The notes beneath the pieces were generated by a model, which did no database searches, was not told where the DNA came from, and saw only the letters and a list, made by a program, of their open reading frames with translations. Made by a program: the position numbers and the translations under genes. A stretch of 63,972 nt of DNA, filler included, from Octopus bimaculoides (Eukaryota): the NCBI RefSeq assembly GCF_001194135.2. It is 6 parts of 5 records of this genome, joined end to end, with 100 filler letters (N's around TTAATTAATTAA, not from the genome) between each part and the next. Parts side by side here need not be neighbours in the genome. Positions count along the whole stretch, not along the records: positions 15,239 to 29,108 come from NC_068999.1; positions 29,209 to 46,060 come from NC_068981.1; 4 more parts are not named here. One strand, given 5' to 3'. Positions 24,170-35,528 of the stretch are shown one piece after another (the stretch's first letter is position 1; each line of letters starts with the position of its first letter).

Positions 24170-24612
24170 ACATTTATATGTATGTGTGTGTATTTGTGTA
24201 TCTGTGTTTGTCCCCTCCACCATCGCTTGACAACAGATTTTGGTGTGTTTACGTCCCCGTAACTTAGCGGTTCGGTAAAAAAAATCCGATAGAAGTACTA
24301 AGCTTACAAAGAATAAGTCCTGGGGTCGATTTGCTCGACTAAAGGCGGTGCACCAGCATGGTCGCAGTCAAATCACTGAAACAAGCAAAGGAATAAAGGA
24401 ATATGCGTGTGTGTGTGTGTGTGTGTGTGTGCGTGTGTACACACACTACTACTCGACCGGCTTACACAGTTTCCGTCTGCCAATTTCACTAACCAGGCAT
24501 AGGTCGGCCCTGCGCTATTGTCGGAGACTTTTGCCCAAGGCGCCGCGCTGTAGAACTAAACTCGAAAACACATGGTTCTAAATCGAGTTTCTTAACTATG
24601 CAGTCATGCCTA
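24170..24612. mobile_element. SINE family B tail (+, 24170-24400) and head fragment (-, 24450-24612)
   Basis: aataagtcctggggtcgatttgctcgactaaaggcggtg; cagtttccgtctgccaatttcact...tttgcccaagg. Confidence 0.85.
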
Positions 24613-24916
24613 CACTTATATAGATTTTATAAGTAATAAAACTTCGTTTAATATAACCATACGGGAAGTAACTGAAGTTATTTTCGAGTAATGTAGACAT
24701 ATAAGTTGAAAATTTAATAAATAACTTGTAGGTATAGTAATTATATTATACCAGAGATAAAAGGTAAATAATTGTTATGGACAACATCAAGAAGCGCACT
24801 AATTAACCGAGATTGAACCATTCCATTCCATAGCGTATTTGAAAACTGGCTGTAAAAGCGACAGAGATCAGACAGTGTGGCATTATTGATCTTTTATATA
24901 ACTAACATCATTATAT

Positions 24917-24963
<47 letters not shown>

Positions 24964-24964
24964 A

Positions 24965-25110
24965 TGAGGTGCGTAGCTTGGGGGTTAGGGTGTTGCATTC
25001 ATGATCGTAATTTTGTGGACTGGGCAATGCGTTTATGTTCTTGAGCAGGACATTTCATTTCACGTTGCACCAGTCCACTCAACTGTCAACTCTTCTGGCA
25101 ACAACGAGTA
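24965..25110 (+). mobile_element. SINE family C fragment
   Basis: gaggtgcgtagcttggggg...tcatgatcgtaa...gttcttgagcaggacatttcatttcacgttgc. Confidence 0.75.
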
Positions 25111-25412
25111 TTCCTGCGTCCCGTCAAGGTGTGGGAGAGTATATACGCTAGAGAATCCGGGAAACTCGCCCCATATACATTGCACCTGACACCTCACATC
25201 CGGTTATTTGAATTTCGCGTTTGCAATGGTCGTCCTGGTGATCGAGAATAGGAAAAAATAGGTGTCAGGTGCTAAATGCATTAACTATAATAAATTCTCG
25301 TTCCTCGGCATTGAGTACCATTTGAAAATTTCCCGTCTCTACCTACGTACACTGTAAACATACGTACATACATATACGTGTGAATGTATGTATGCATATT
25401 TGTGTGTGTGTT

Positions 25413-25455
<43 letters not shown>

Positions 25456-25471
25456 ATAGATNNNNNNNNNN

Positions 25472-25525
<54 letters not shown>

Positions 25526-26039
25526 GCAGTTCTGGCAAAGCTCATCGCAACAACGCTTTTGCTGTTCTGTAAACATTGTCACTTCTAAAAACAAAACATT
25601 CTATTTATACCTTATCTTAAACTAAAGCTATTTTCCGCGTCATATACATTCTTTTACATATTCAAATTTCATTTCCTACTTGCGGCGGGTTTATTAACAT
25701 AGGCAAACATCGATGGATACGAACTCTCCTAAATTGACAGCGTTTGTTCAAATCTAATATTTTCGAATGTTCTAGTCTTATTTATTAAATTTTGATTCTC
25801 TTTACTTTCGCTTTTAAGTAAACCTAGTCGTGTTGACGGTGGGCTGTTACGCACTAATACGAAAGGAAATATATTCAGACTACTCCATGGCCTCAGATTA
25901 AACCACATTACTTTTCTAACAGTGAAAAGGTTGAAAAGTGTAGTTAAAAGGACATACAAGAAAGTAGTAAGAGTAGAAGTTGTCTCTTGCCTGCTTCTAG
26001 TTTAAATTTCTAATTATTCAATATTGGTTACACATTTTG

Positions 26040-26240
26040 GCACAAGACCAACAATTTCGGACGAGAGAGTGAGTTCATTATGTCGACCCTAGTGCTCATC
26101 TGGTATTATTTTTTGGACCTCGTAAGGATGAAAGACAAAGTCGACCTCGGTGGAATTTGAATTCAGAACGTAAAGACAAAGGAAATGCCACTAAGCATTT
26201 TTCCCGGCATGCTAACGGTCCTGCCAGCTCGGCGCCTTAC
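26040..26240 (-). mobile_element. SINE family A
   Basis: ggatgaaagacaaagtcgacctcggtggaatttgaattcagaacg...gctaacggtcctgccagctcggcgcc. Confidence 0.85.
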
Positions 26241-26749
26241 AGTTTTCCAATATTGGTACTTCCGGCTTGTGCTGTTGTGACAAGTATAAAACCTATGAAA
26301 AAAAAATTAAACTTCCTTACAATTTGTCGCATAATCTTACCGTTGTCTTTCATAAGCCCTCCTACAAACGGTATTTAACCACACAGACGTTACCCATCCT
26401 ATATTGGATATTTAGTTATGTGTAAACATAAGCTGTTTCAAGCTTTTCACTTTTAAGTGTTCTAGACCATCAAATGTTACAACAGATGTACCATGTTATG
26501 TTATGGAAGCAATCGAAAGATTAGCATGGTGTTCATCAAAAAAGTTAATCACATAATATTAAAAGCACCCACTGTTGCTCTAAGTGCAAGAATTATGAGG
26601 AAGGGAAGTTGTTCTTGGAGAATTATGTGACACTATGAAGGTTTTACTACAAAAGGCAAGTAAATCAATTCTTAAGTTCTGCATAATAATGAAATGTCCA
26701 TCAATTTCGATGTATAAGCATCGAATTGTTCGATCAACTGAACAACCTC

Positions 26750-27250
26750 TTCATTGAATTAACGAATGAAATGGCTGTATATTCCACAGACACGTGAACG
26801 CTTAACGTAATTCTCATACAGAATTCCCGTGACACATGTGTAGCAAGGCTGGACCTTTAAATTACATGTACAGCCCATCAAAAGGACTTTCTGTCAACTT
26901 AAATCCACTCACAAGGCTTGATGTTCACCCGAGGTTAAAACAAATATACTTGCCCAAGGTGCTATGCAATGGGACGGAACCCAGGAGATCGTAGTTGGCT
27001 GCCATCTACACATTATTGAATTACGTAAGGTGGTGGGCTGATAGAATCGTTAGCAACCTAGACAAGATGCTTACAGACAGTTCGTCCATCTTTACGTTCT
27101 GAGTCCAACTGCCACCGAGGTCGTCGTCTTTGCCTTTCATCCTTTCTAAGCCGATAAAATAAGTACCAGTCAAGTAATGGGTTTGATTTAATTGATTTAC
27201 CCACCCCCTTAAAATTCTTGGCCTTGAGCCAAAGTTTGAAACCATTATTA
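26750..27250. mobile_element. Cluster of SINE fragments: C (-), B (-) and A (+, 27026-27250)
   Basis: caaggctggacc; aaatccactcacaaggc...cttgcccaaggtg; gggctgatagaatcgttagc...gataaaataagtaccag. Confidence 0.75.
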
Positions 27251-27479
27251 AATACGCTTTCAACATATAATTTAGTCAGAATGACAAGCCATGCTCCGAT
27301 TACTTTGCCTTAAACATAAAATGGCATTGGCATTGAAACTTGATTATATTTTCGCTTCCGTGCTACAAAGACAATTTATCGCATAGCCATTAATATGAAA
27401 ACGAACATTTGGTAACAATTCAAGCAGATAAATGGCAACATTTCTGTTCACATTGATGAATCAATGAGGCTGTTCATTA

Positions 27480-27800
27480 CTGCGACCCTAAATAGTATAT
27501 ATTGTATGTGAAAGTGATTAGATAGGAGATCCTAGCTTTATGTTTTAAAACGTAATTGAACTGACAGATCAGAAAACTACAGCTATAGCTCGACATCATT
27601 TGAACTGTCTCATCAAACTTGGATGTGATGAAGCATACTTGAAACGGAACCTTACAGCATTTGATATTGATGGGGCAAGGGTAATGCTTGGTGTCAAATC
27701 TGGGATAGAAATAACTCTTGAACAACAATTATCTTTATGTAATAATTTGGCACTGTCTTAATTACCAATTGAAAATTAGATGTGATTATGTTCTATCTTG
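27480..27800 (+). pseudogene. hAT transposase remnant (ZNF862/C17orf113-like clade)
   Basis: Frameshifted LKRNLTAFDIDGARVMLGVKSG...IWHCLNYQLK matches the hAT DGAxVMxG...HCxxHxLxL catalytic-region motif. Confidence 0.65.
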
Positions 27801-28084
27801 CTGAAAGGAGAGACTCTTAGTAATGAGAAATGAGTCAAGTAGAAGTATTCAAAAACTTTGTAAAGCAATACAGCAATTTACAAAAGTGAGTGGAGAAGCT
27901 TCGCTGACAAGAAGGTATTCTTGCTTTTAATAAAGGCAAAAGGATAAATTCGTTTAAGGATCGAATTAAGGTGCACAGCACTAGCTTAAACAATTTCATC
28001 TGATCACTTTAGTATAAAATGAGAAAAATTAGCTCAACTATACCTTATATAGCAGGAGGAAAATGTAGCTTGTATATAGAAGAA

Positions 28085-28420
28085 ATTTACCTTTCGGGAT
28101 CGATAAAATAAATACCAGTTAAGTGCTGGGATCGATGTAATCGACTTAACTCCTTCCCGAAATTATTGGCCTTATACCAAAAATTTTAATTTTTGCTTTT
28201 AATAAGGCGGTTGATGGCTGAGACGTTAGCACGCCGGACAGAATACTTAGAGGCATTTGCCCTGTCTTTACGTTCTCAGTTCAAATTCCGCCAAGGTCGA
28301 CCTTGGCTTTCATCTCTTCGGGGTCGATAACATAAGTACCAGTTGAGCACTGGGATCGATGTAATCGACTTTGTCTTCTTTCCTAATATTGCTGGCCTTG
28401 TTCCAAAATTTAAGACCAAT
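28085..28420 (+). mobile_element. SINE family A partial copy plus near full copy (28202-28420)
   Basis: aaggcggttgatggctgagacgttagcacgcc...cagttcaaattccgccaaggtcgacc. Confidence 0.85.
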
Positions 28421-29208
28421 AAAAGTATACGTTTTGAATAGTCCATTGTTTGGGTTAGCTCATTTTCTGTATAATTTTTGACTTCCAGTGCAGCAGTAGT
28501 AAGGAATGCTCAATCCGAAGCTTTCATAATTCAAATTGATACAAGACAACAATCAGTAAACGATTTTCATTCAAAATCAGGAAGCAATTTTAGTGGCATA
28601 CTTCTTTTGTTTTACATATGGCTCTGCCCTTCCTGACAGATTAGATCTGAGAGATCTACGGGATTGATCATTTTACACCATTTGCGGGGGAATTATATTC
28701 CGTGTGTAGTGGCTCAAACTAAAAATAATTTTTTGAATATGCCCTCCAAACAAGAACGACAAATCGAGAAACCAGACTCATTTCGAAAAGTTTAAGCATT
28801 ACGTTACAATTATATCTTCATTTTGAAATACGCAATGAAGGATGAAATAAGATATGGAAGTTATTTCAACAGTCCTTTATTGGGGCCTGTTGAAAATTCT
28901 TTCAAATCTGTTGCTATTGAAATAAACTCAAAGATATGAGACGTTACATCAATTTGGTTTACTGAGAGCGTTTATAATAGAAATTATATATTCGTGCCTG
29001 TTTGTATGCGAGTGAGCACGTACATTTGTGTGTGTATGTGTGTGTGTGTGCCAGTGTAAGAAACTCATCTCCTGAGTCATTCTATATATATATATGAATG
29101 TGTGTGTGNNNNNNNNNNNNNNNNNNNNNNNNNNNNNNNNNNNNNNNNNNNNTTAATTAATTAANNNNNNNNNNNNNNNNNNNNNNNNNNNNNNNNNNNN
29201 NNNNNNNN

Positions 29209-29767
29209 ACATATGGTGCCTTCCTTCAGCTTTTTGGGAAGTTTACCATTTGCAAGGAAACTCTGGAAGAGTATCCGGAGTGGTCCTGCTAATTCTTGTT
29301 TACACGACTTTAAGAGGACAGCTGGGAAACCATCGGGGCCAGTTGCCGGATTTGAGCTCATTTCGTTTATGGCAGCTATTACACATTCCTCTTCAATGTC
29401 AATGTAGGTAATGGATGCAGTCTCTTTCTGCTGAGTGCTATTGTCAAAGAAATCAGCTGGGTTCTTTATCTGCATGTGACTCAGAGGTGAAGTGAAGACA
29501 CTCTTGAATTGTGCACTGAGCACTTCACTTACCCATGTGGGATCTGCAGTCAGTGAGCCATTAGGCAGGAATAGGGGTCCTATCTTATACTGTGTCGTAG
29601 CAGTCTCTTTTGCAAATCTGTAGAAAGCCTTGGGGTTTGTTTTTATGCTTTCTACTGCTCTCTTCTCCTTCTCTGCTCTCTCCTTTTCATGGGAGATTTT
29701 AATCCTGTTTTCTATTTCTAACAGTGTTAGTTTTAATTTAGCCCTTTTCCTATCCTCCAGTTCTCGA
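29209..29767 (-). mobile_element. Uninterrupted CR1/L2-type LINE ORF2 segment (pre-RT tether region)
   Basis: Open 186 codons: IKTNPKAFYRFAK...KIGPL...QFKSVFT...ATGPDGFPAVLLKSC...LFQSFL...LPKKLKEGTIC. Bounded by gaps on both sides. Confidence 0.9.
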
Positions 29768-30041
29768 NNNNNNNNNNNNNNNNNNNNNNNNNNNNNNNNN
29801 NNNNNNNNNNNNNNNNNNNNNNNNNNNNNNNNNNNNNNNNNNNNNNNNNNNNNNNNNNNNNNNNNNNNNNNNNNNNNNNNNNNNNNNNNNNNNNNNNNNN
29901 NNNNNNNNNNNNNNNNNNNNNNNNNNNNNNNNNNNNNNNNNNNNNNNNNNNNNNNNNNNNNNNNNNNNNNNNNNNNNNNNNNNNNNNNNNNNNNNNNNNN
30001 NNNNNNNNNNNNNNNNNNNNNNNNNNNNNNNNNNNNNNNNN

Positions 30042-30120
<79 letters not shown>

Positions 30121-30410
30121 CAAAAGAAGTTGTAATAAAAAAACTATGCAATTTTTATTCACTTGTTACTGATTTTCGGAAGTAACCCATGTACAACCTT
30201 AAGAAAAACCAGCGTATGTTGAACAATGTGTTAATATTTCACAAATTAAAACTATTATACAAAAGCTGCCACACACAATATTGCTTTACATTTATTTATT
30301 CTTGATAAAGTTCATTAAAAAAAGTAGGTCAAACACCAGACAATAGCTGATGTGTTAATGAATTGCCACCAAAAAATACTATTCCAAAAGAGCTAACTAT
30401 GATCCGTTCC

Positions 30411-31859
30411 ATTTATATATATATATATAATAGAACAGAATTTGTATGCGCGCACGCGTGTGCATGTGTGTGTGAATGCCTATGTTTCTTATGCACTCGA
30501 AAACTTAACTGTCAATTTTGACGTTTGAGGTATCAAAATATTCAGTAATCTTTCGGCTACCAAATAAATTTTATGTCCATTTACATATTTGTATTACAAA
30601 ACTCTAACATTATAATATTTCTATAAGTCAAGTATCGTAAACGACATTTTATAAGACGACGACAACGTTACATTTACTATACGAGTGTGTATGTATCTGT
30701 GAGAGTGTGTTTGTGTTTGTGTGTGTGTGTGTGTGTGCGTGTATGTTTGCACGTTCGTTACGTACCTGAGAAGTGCATGTGTGTGAGTGTATGTTAGGGC
30801 GTATGTGTGCGTCACTACGCATACATTTTTGTGACGACTGACACACACATGTAAATACAGAGAGACACACAGAGGGATAGAGATCGGCCTGAGGTGTGTG
30901 TGAATGTATGTTTGTATGTGTCTGTCATAGTATATGTATGTTAATGTATGTCAGAGTGTATGTGTGTGCGAGTGTATATGTGATGAATTTTATACGTTAG
31001 CCCTCAGACAACTAAACACACTCACACCTCCACATACATATACCTATGTGTATTAGTGTGTCCTTATGCATTCCAAAACCTAGCCGCTGATTTTGACGTA
31101 TGGGGTATCACAAGATACAGCAATCTTTCAGCTACCAAATAAACTTTATTTTCAATTACATATTTGCATTACAAATATTTAGCATTATAATCTTTCTATA
31201 AGTCAACTAACGTTCAAAGACGTTTTACACTACGACGACGACATCATATTTTCTGTATGAGTCTGTATGTGTCGGTGAATGTGAATGTGCTTGCGCTTTC
31301 GTTACGTACGTTAGACTGATGTCAGAGAAGAATATGTGTGAGTGTATATGAGGATGTATGTGCTTCAGTATACATACATTTTTGTGACAACTGACACACA
31401 CAAACATACATACACACATCTAAAGACAGAGAGAGATTCACAACGGGACAGAGACAGGCCTGAAGTGTGCGTGAATGTATGTCTGTGTGTGTCTGTCTTG
31501 GTATATGCATGTGAGTGTATGTCAGCGAGTATGTGTTTGCCAGCGTATGTGTGATAATTTTTATACGCTAGGCCTCAGACAATTAAACACACACACATCT
31601 ACACTTACATATACATATCTGTATTACTGTATGTGTGTGAGTGTGTATGTGTTTGTGCGTTCGTTATGTATTTTGTCCGATGACTGAGGAGTATACGCGT
31701 GTGAGTGTACGTGACAATATATGTGTGTGTGAGTATACATACATTTTTGTGACGACTGACACACACACACACACTCACACACATATACACACTCACACAC
31801 ATACACACACTCACACACATACACACACTCACACACATACACACACTCACACACTCACA

Positions 31860-31890
<31 letters not shown>

Positions 31891-31920
31891 GTATATAGAA
31901 GAAGTGGTCGTTTGCGCTAG
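30411..31920 (+). mobile_element. Helitron-like non-autonomous element containing ~575-bp tandem units
   Basis: Starts (TA)n-ATAATAGAACAG and ends ...gcgCTAG|T at 31917-31921. atctttcggctaccaaataaa recurs at 30548 and 31123; catttttgtgac at 30824, 31377 and 31742. Confidence 0.45.
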
Positions 31921-31959
31921 TAACACATTAATTTAATTAATTAATAAAGAAAAGTGGTA

Positions 31960-33545
31960 GTAATAGTACATTTACGATCTTTTCTCTTTACCAGTTGTAG
32001 TGGTAGACATCATCAGAATGCAGAGTCATATGCAGAGGTAAGAAAAGCGAAAGACATAGGGATACAATGGTAACGAGAATAAAGACAAAGAATGGTGAGT
32101 CTTACATTATAGTAGATTTCTTAGTTGATAATTCTGCTGCGAAGTGGAGGTAGGATGGCGGTTATTTCGATCTGTAGTCCGAAATTTAAGTAAGCGCATA
32201 TTTTACACGTGTTTATTCCGGCTAGATTTTTCACAGGCGGTGTAAAGAAAGGGGGTTAACTCTAACTCATGGTGAAAAGGGGGATAACTCTATCCGGGGT
32301 GAGTAAGGAATTTATGTGTTTTGGGGGCTTAAAGTTGTATGAAGTTCGTAGAATGGAGGAAGGCCTATGTAAAATACTTTATTATGGGTTGTGTAAAGCG
32401 AGTGGGGGTTAGGAGGGGAATGTTTGCTTGTAAGTAGTTTAAGTGGTTCCCGGCTAAATGGGATTATTTAGACGAAGATGCTAGCGTAGGATTTGTACAA
32501 GGTCATGCGGGTTTACCGATACTTGGAATAGACAAAGAGGACTATATGTAGACAAAAAGTTTATTCGCATATTTTTTACTAAGAAGAGGTGGTTTAGCCG
32601 TTAGAATTTCCAGGCGTTCGGTTAAACAGAGATCGCACCGTCTATTGGTAGAGTTGTAAGAAGTTATTTTTGCGAGTATGCGCCATTCTAATCTATATTC
32701 TATTTTTTTCCCTAAAGCTCCCAGATATAGCTACTGAGCCCTGTTGAATTTGCCTTTCTCCTATTTCTGAAGCTAGATTGGCATGCGTTGTACCTATGTA
32801 TCATTTAGTTTTTCGTTATTCCTATATAGGATTTTATATGGCTATTTGTGTGTACGTCACATTGGTAAACTACGTTTCTAGTCTTACATCTATTAGAGAA
32901 TTGGCACTTCTATCCCTGCAGCCACACAAATTATTAGGTATATCTGTGTTCATGTTGTGTTGTGGTGGGCTATTACTATTCTGGTCTTTGTCTGTGTTAC
33001 TAGGAGGCGCTTCATTAGTGGTGGGATTTGTTCTATCAGTTTGTTGGTTGTTAGATTTATTGCTCCTAATTTTCCTAGCTTCATAGAATGTGTCTAGTTT
33101 TTTTTTATTATTAATCGAGGCTATGATGATGGTTATGTTACTAGTCAGGCTGTGGCCTACTCTAATTTTATTCCTAAATATTGCTACATATTTATTATTT
33201 ATGTTTAAGTGTTTATCTATTAGTTTCATTAATGAGGGAACTATGTTGGATTTCAGGTGCATGGTGAAAGGGATTACGAGTCAGATCTTATCACTGTTAC
33301 GTTTATTGTTAGTATTGCTATGTGTGGTACAGAAACTACCCTGATTGTTTGTAAGGCGTGTGAAATTATAGTTATGGCTATCGAGTTTATTCCTATAGTT
33401 GGGTTTATCTTTACTATTGCTCCTGTCTGTTTTATTGGGGTTATTTCTGTATGGTCTATGTGGACTCAATCACGTGGTGTTACCAAGGACTTACCTACAC
33501 AGGTAATCACCTGGAACGCCTTTGGATTTAACCATCCCTTAGAGG
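31960..33545 (-). mobile_element. Penelope-like element: RT C-terminus, GIY-YIG endonuclease and 3' UTR (degenerate)
   Basis: Minus frames give HRPYRN, PFTMHLKSNIV...KLIDKH, CGCRD, NVVYQCDV...SYIGIT (GIY-YIG), SSFRN and YNSTNRRCDLCLTERLEI. All are typical of PLE ORFs. Confidence 0.9.
31967..32022 (-). ncRNA. Minimal type-I hammerhead ribozyme (degenerate) at the Penelope 3' end
   Basis: Minus strand: TGCATT-CTGATGA-TGTCTACC(actacaact)GGTAAAGA-GAAA-a-GATC-GTA-AATGTA. The core is intact, stem I is 6 bp, stem II pairs 6/8 and stem III is near-palindromic. Confidence 0.75.
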
Positions 33546-33567
33546 TTTTAAGTATCTCTAACTTATA

Positions 33568-33603
<36 letters not shown>

Positions 33604-33731
33604 NNNNNNNNNNNNNNNNNNNNNNNNNNNNNNNNNNNNNNNNNNNNNNNNNNNNNNNNNNNNNNNNNNNNNNNNNNNNNNNNNNNNNNNNNNNNNNNNN
33701 NNNNNNNNNNNNNNNNNNNNNNNNNNNNNNN

Positions 33732-33767
<36 letters not shown>

Positions 33768-33859
33768 AGATATAGGTTGTGGATGCAAACCGGAAAAATA
33801 GAGCACAGGATATGAATATATGTATATTTTTAGTAATATTTAGCATAAGTAGCAGTGAC

Positions 33860-35340
33860 TAAAAGGTCCAGAAATGTTGTCACAATTCGAAGGCCTGTGG
33901 ATTTATATAGTTGAGGATAAATTTCACTCTGGATCTTTCTTGAACTGCGAGCACATACTGTTAGAATATACACTTTCTTTGATACAGATTTTATTGGCCA
34001 GAACATGTTTTTCGAGTAGGGGGCCTGAAACAATATGATATTGAGGCAGTAAAGAAAATGCGTGCCGAACTGTATGAAAATGTAAAAAAATGCAACTTCA
34101 TTATTTCCCACTTTGGCGATACTACCAACTCATTCATAGAGCGAATAAGATTAGCTTAATTATTTGGTTGTTCATACAGATAATGCTCAAATACATATCA
34201 TAATATTCTCAAAGGAACTTGTTAGAAACTAGTGGAGCATACAATGGAACTTCAGTTGCCGAATGATTTTCATTTTCATAAAAATGAATAAAAGAGCTTA
34301 TAACTGAAAAAACCTCCACATCACACATCGTCATCGGTTGGATTTATTGTAGAAAGACAATGATCGACGCTAAATCGTTTGTAAAATTTTAACATGAAGC
34401 CATCACTTTTGTTTCCAACGATATAGATTTTCACTTCTATTTCCAACTCTTCTTTTGACAGTAGGAATGAAATGTGAGGGAGTTATTTAAACGAGACTGG
34501 CTTTATTGGAGTCAAGTAGAGTAATCATTGGTATGGTGTATAATGATATCTATTTATCAAGAGTGACATTCTGTCACGGATAATATTATCCATTTTCTAA
34601 AGATTCAAGGAATATATGGATAGCTTTGGATATGTACTAATGTCAGTCATTTGGATAAAATTTCTCACACCGAGTTAAACAGTTAACTTCGTGACAGAAT
34701 TTCGTGATGCCAAATTAGATGTGACAAAGAGTAATTTCAGACTTCCAGAAACTGAGAAATAATTGTGATACTATACTTAATAACCAAATGAAATGTAGTA
34801 CTATACTTGATAATCAAAATTAGGAACATAAATTTTCTAATCACATTTGGTACACAAATAAAAGGACTGCTGAAAGTTACCCCTGAAGGCATGTTTCCCT
34901 CAGTATTAGTATCTTTGTTACCGATAATTTTCACGGGGACAGTTGTAAAATTGTTTGTTCTAAATTTATGTGGCCTTTTACTCAGTCAGATGAGAATGAG
35001 CAATAATAAAAAGTTAATCGGTTTAGGCAAATTTACTCAAATAAGATTTCAAGTGACATTCAGATTGAATGATTTCATTTTTCTTAAAATAATTTTTGTG
35101 AATTTTAGATCTTATAATTTGTGCTTGAATACTAAAGTTAATAGTTGTTTAAATGTTATCAATGCCTTTTGGACTTTTCTGTCATTTCCAGCAACATTTG
35201 CCGCTCATGGGAGGAGCTTCAGTGTCTTAAAGCGAATTATGCAATACATTTGACACACGATAGAGAAAGAATGATTGGATAGCTTAGTACTTTTAATCAT
35301 CAATAGTGAAAAGGTTAACATCTTTGGTTTTCAGCTGTAA
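33860..35340 (+). pseudogene. hAT transposase remnant with C-terminal dimerisation domain
   Basis: FLSFPATFAAHGRSFSVLKRIMQYI-HTIEKE-LDSLVLLIINSE (about 35175-35310) resembles the hAT ERSFSxLK motif. HRHRLDLL lies near 34325. Confidence 0.6.
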
Positions 35341-35528
35341 TTGAGAAATTTTACCCAAGAAATATCATGGGAAATTCCTTCTTACGGTGAAACACTGGTG
35401 ACCAATTTTTAACAGAAATAGTGATTACAGGAAACTGCTATTTTTAATGTGTTTTATTACAATATATTTGCCCATTGCTATGGGGATAATAGTAATACTG
35501 GAACATCCCTCCCACGTGAGGGTTAGTA

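Noticed and set aside
22240-29767. One LINE split by 5.7 kb of insertions
   Set aside because: The fragments appear to differ strongly in decay, about 60 codons are missing, and a scaffold linker separates them.
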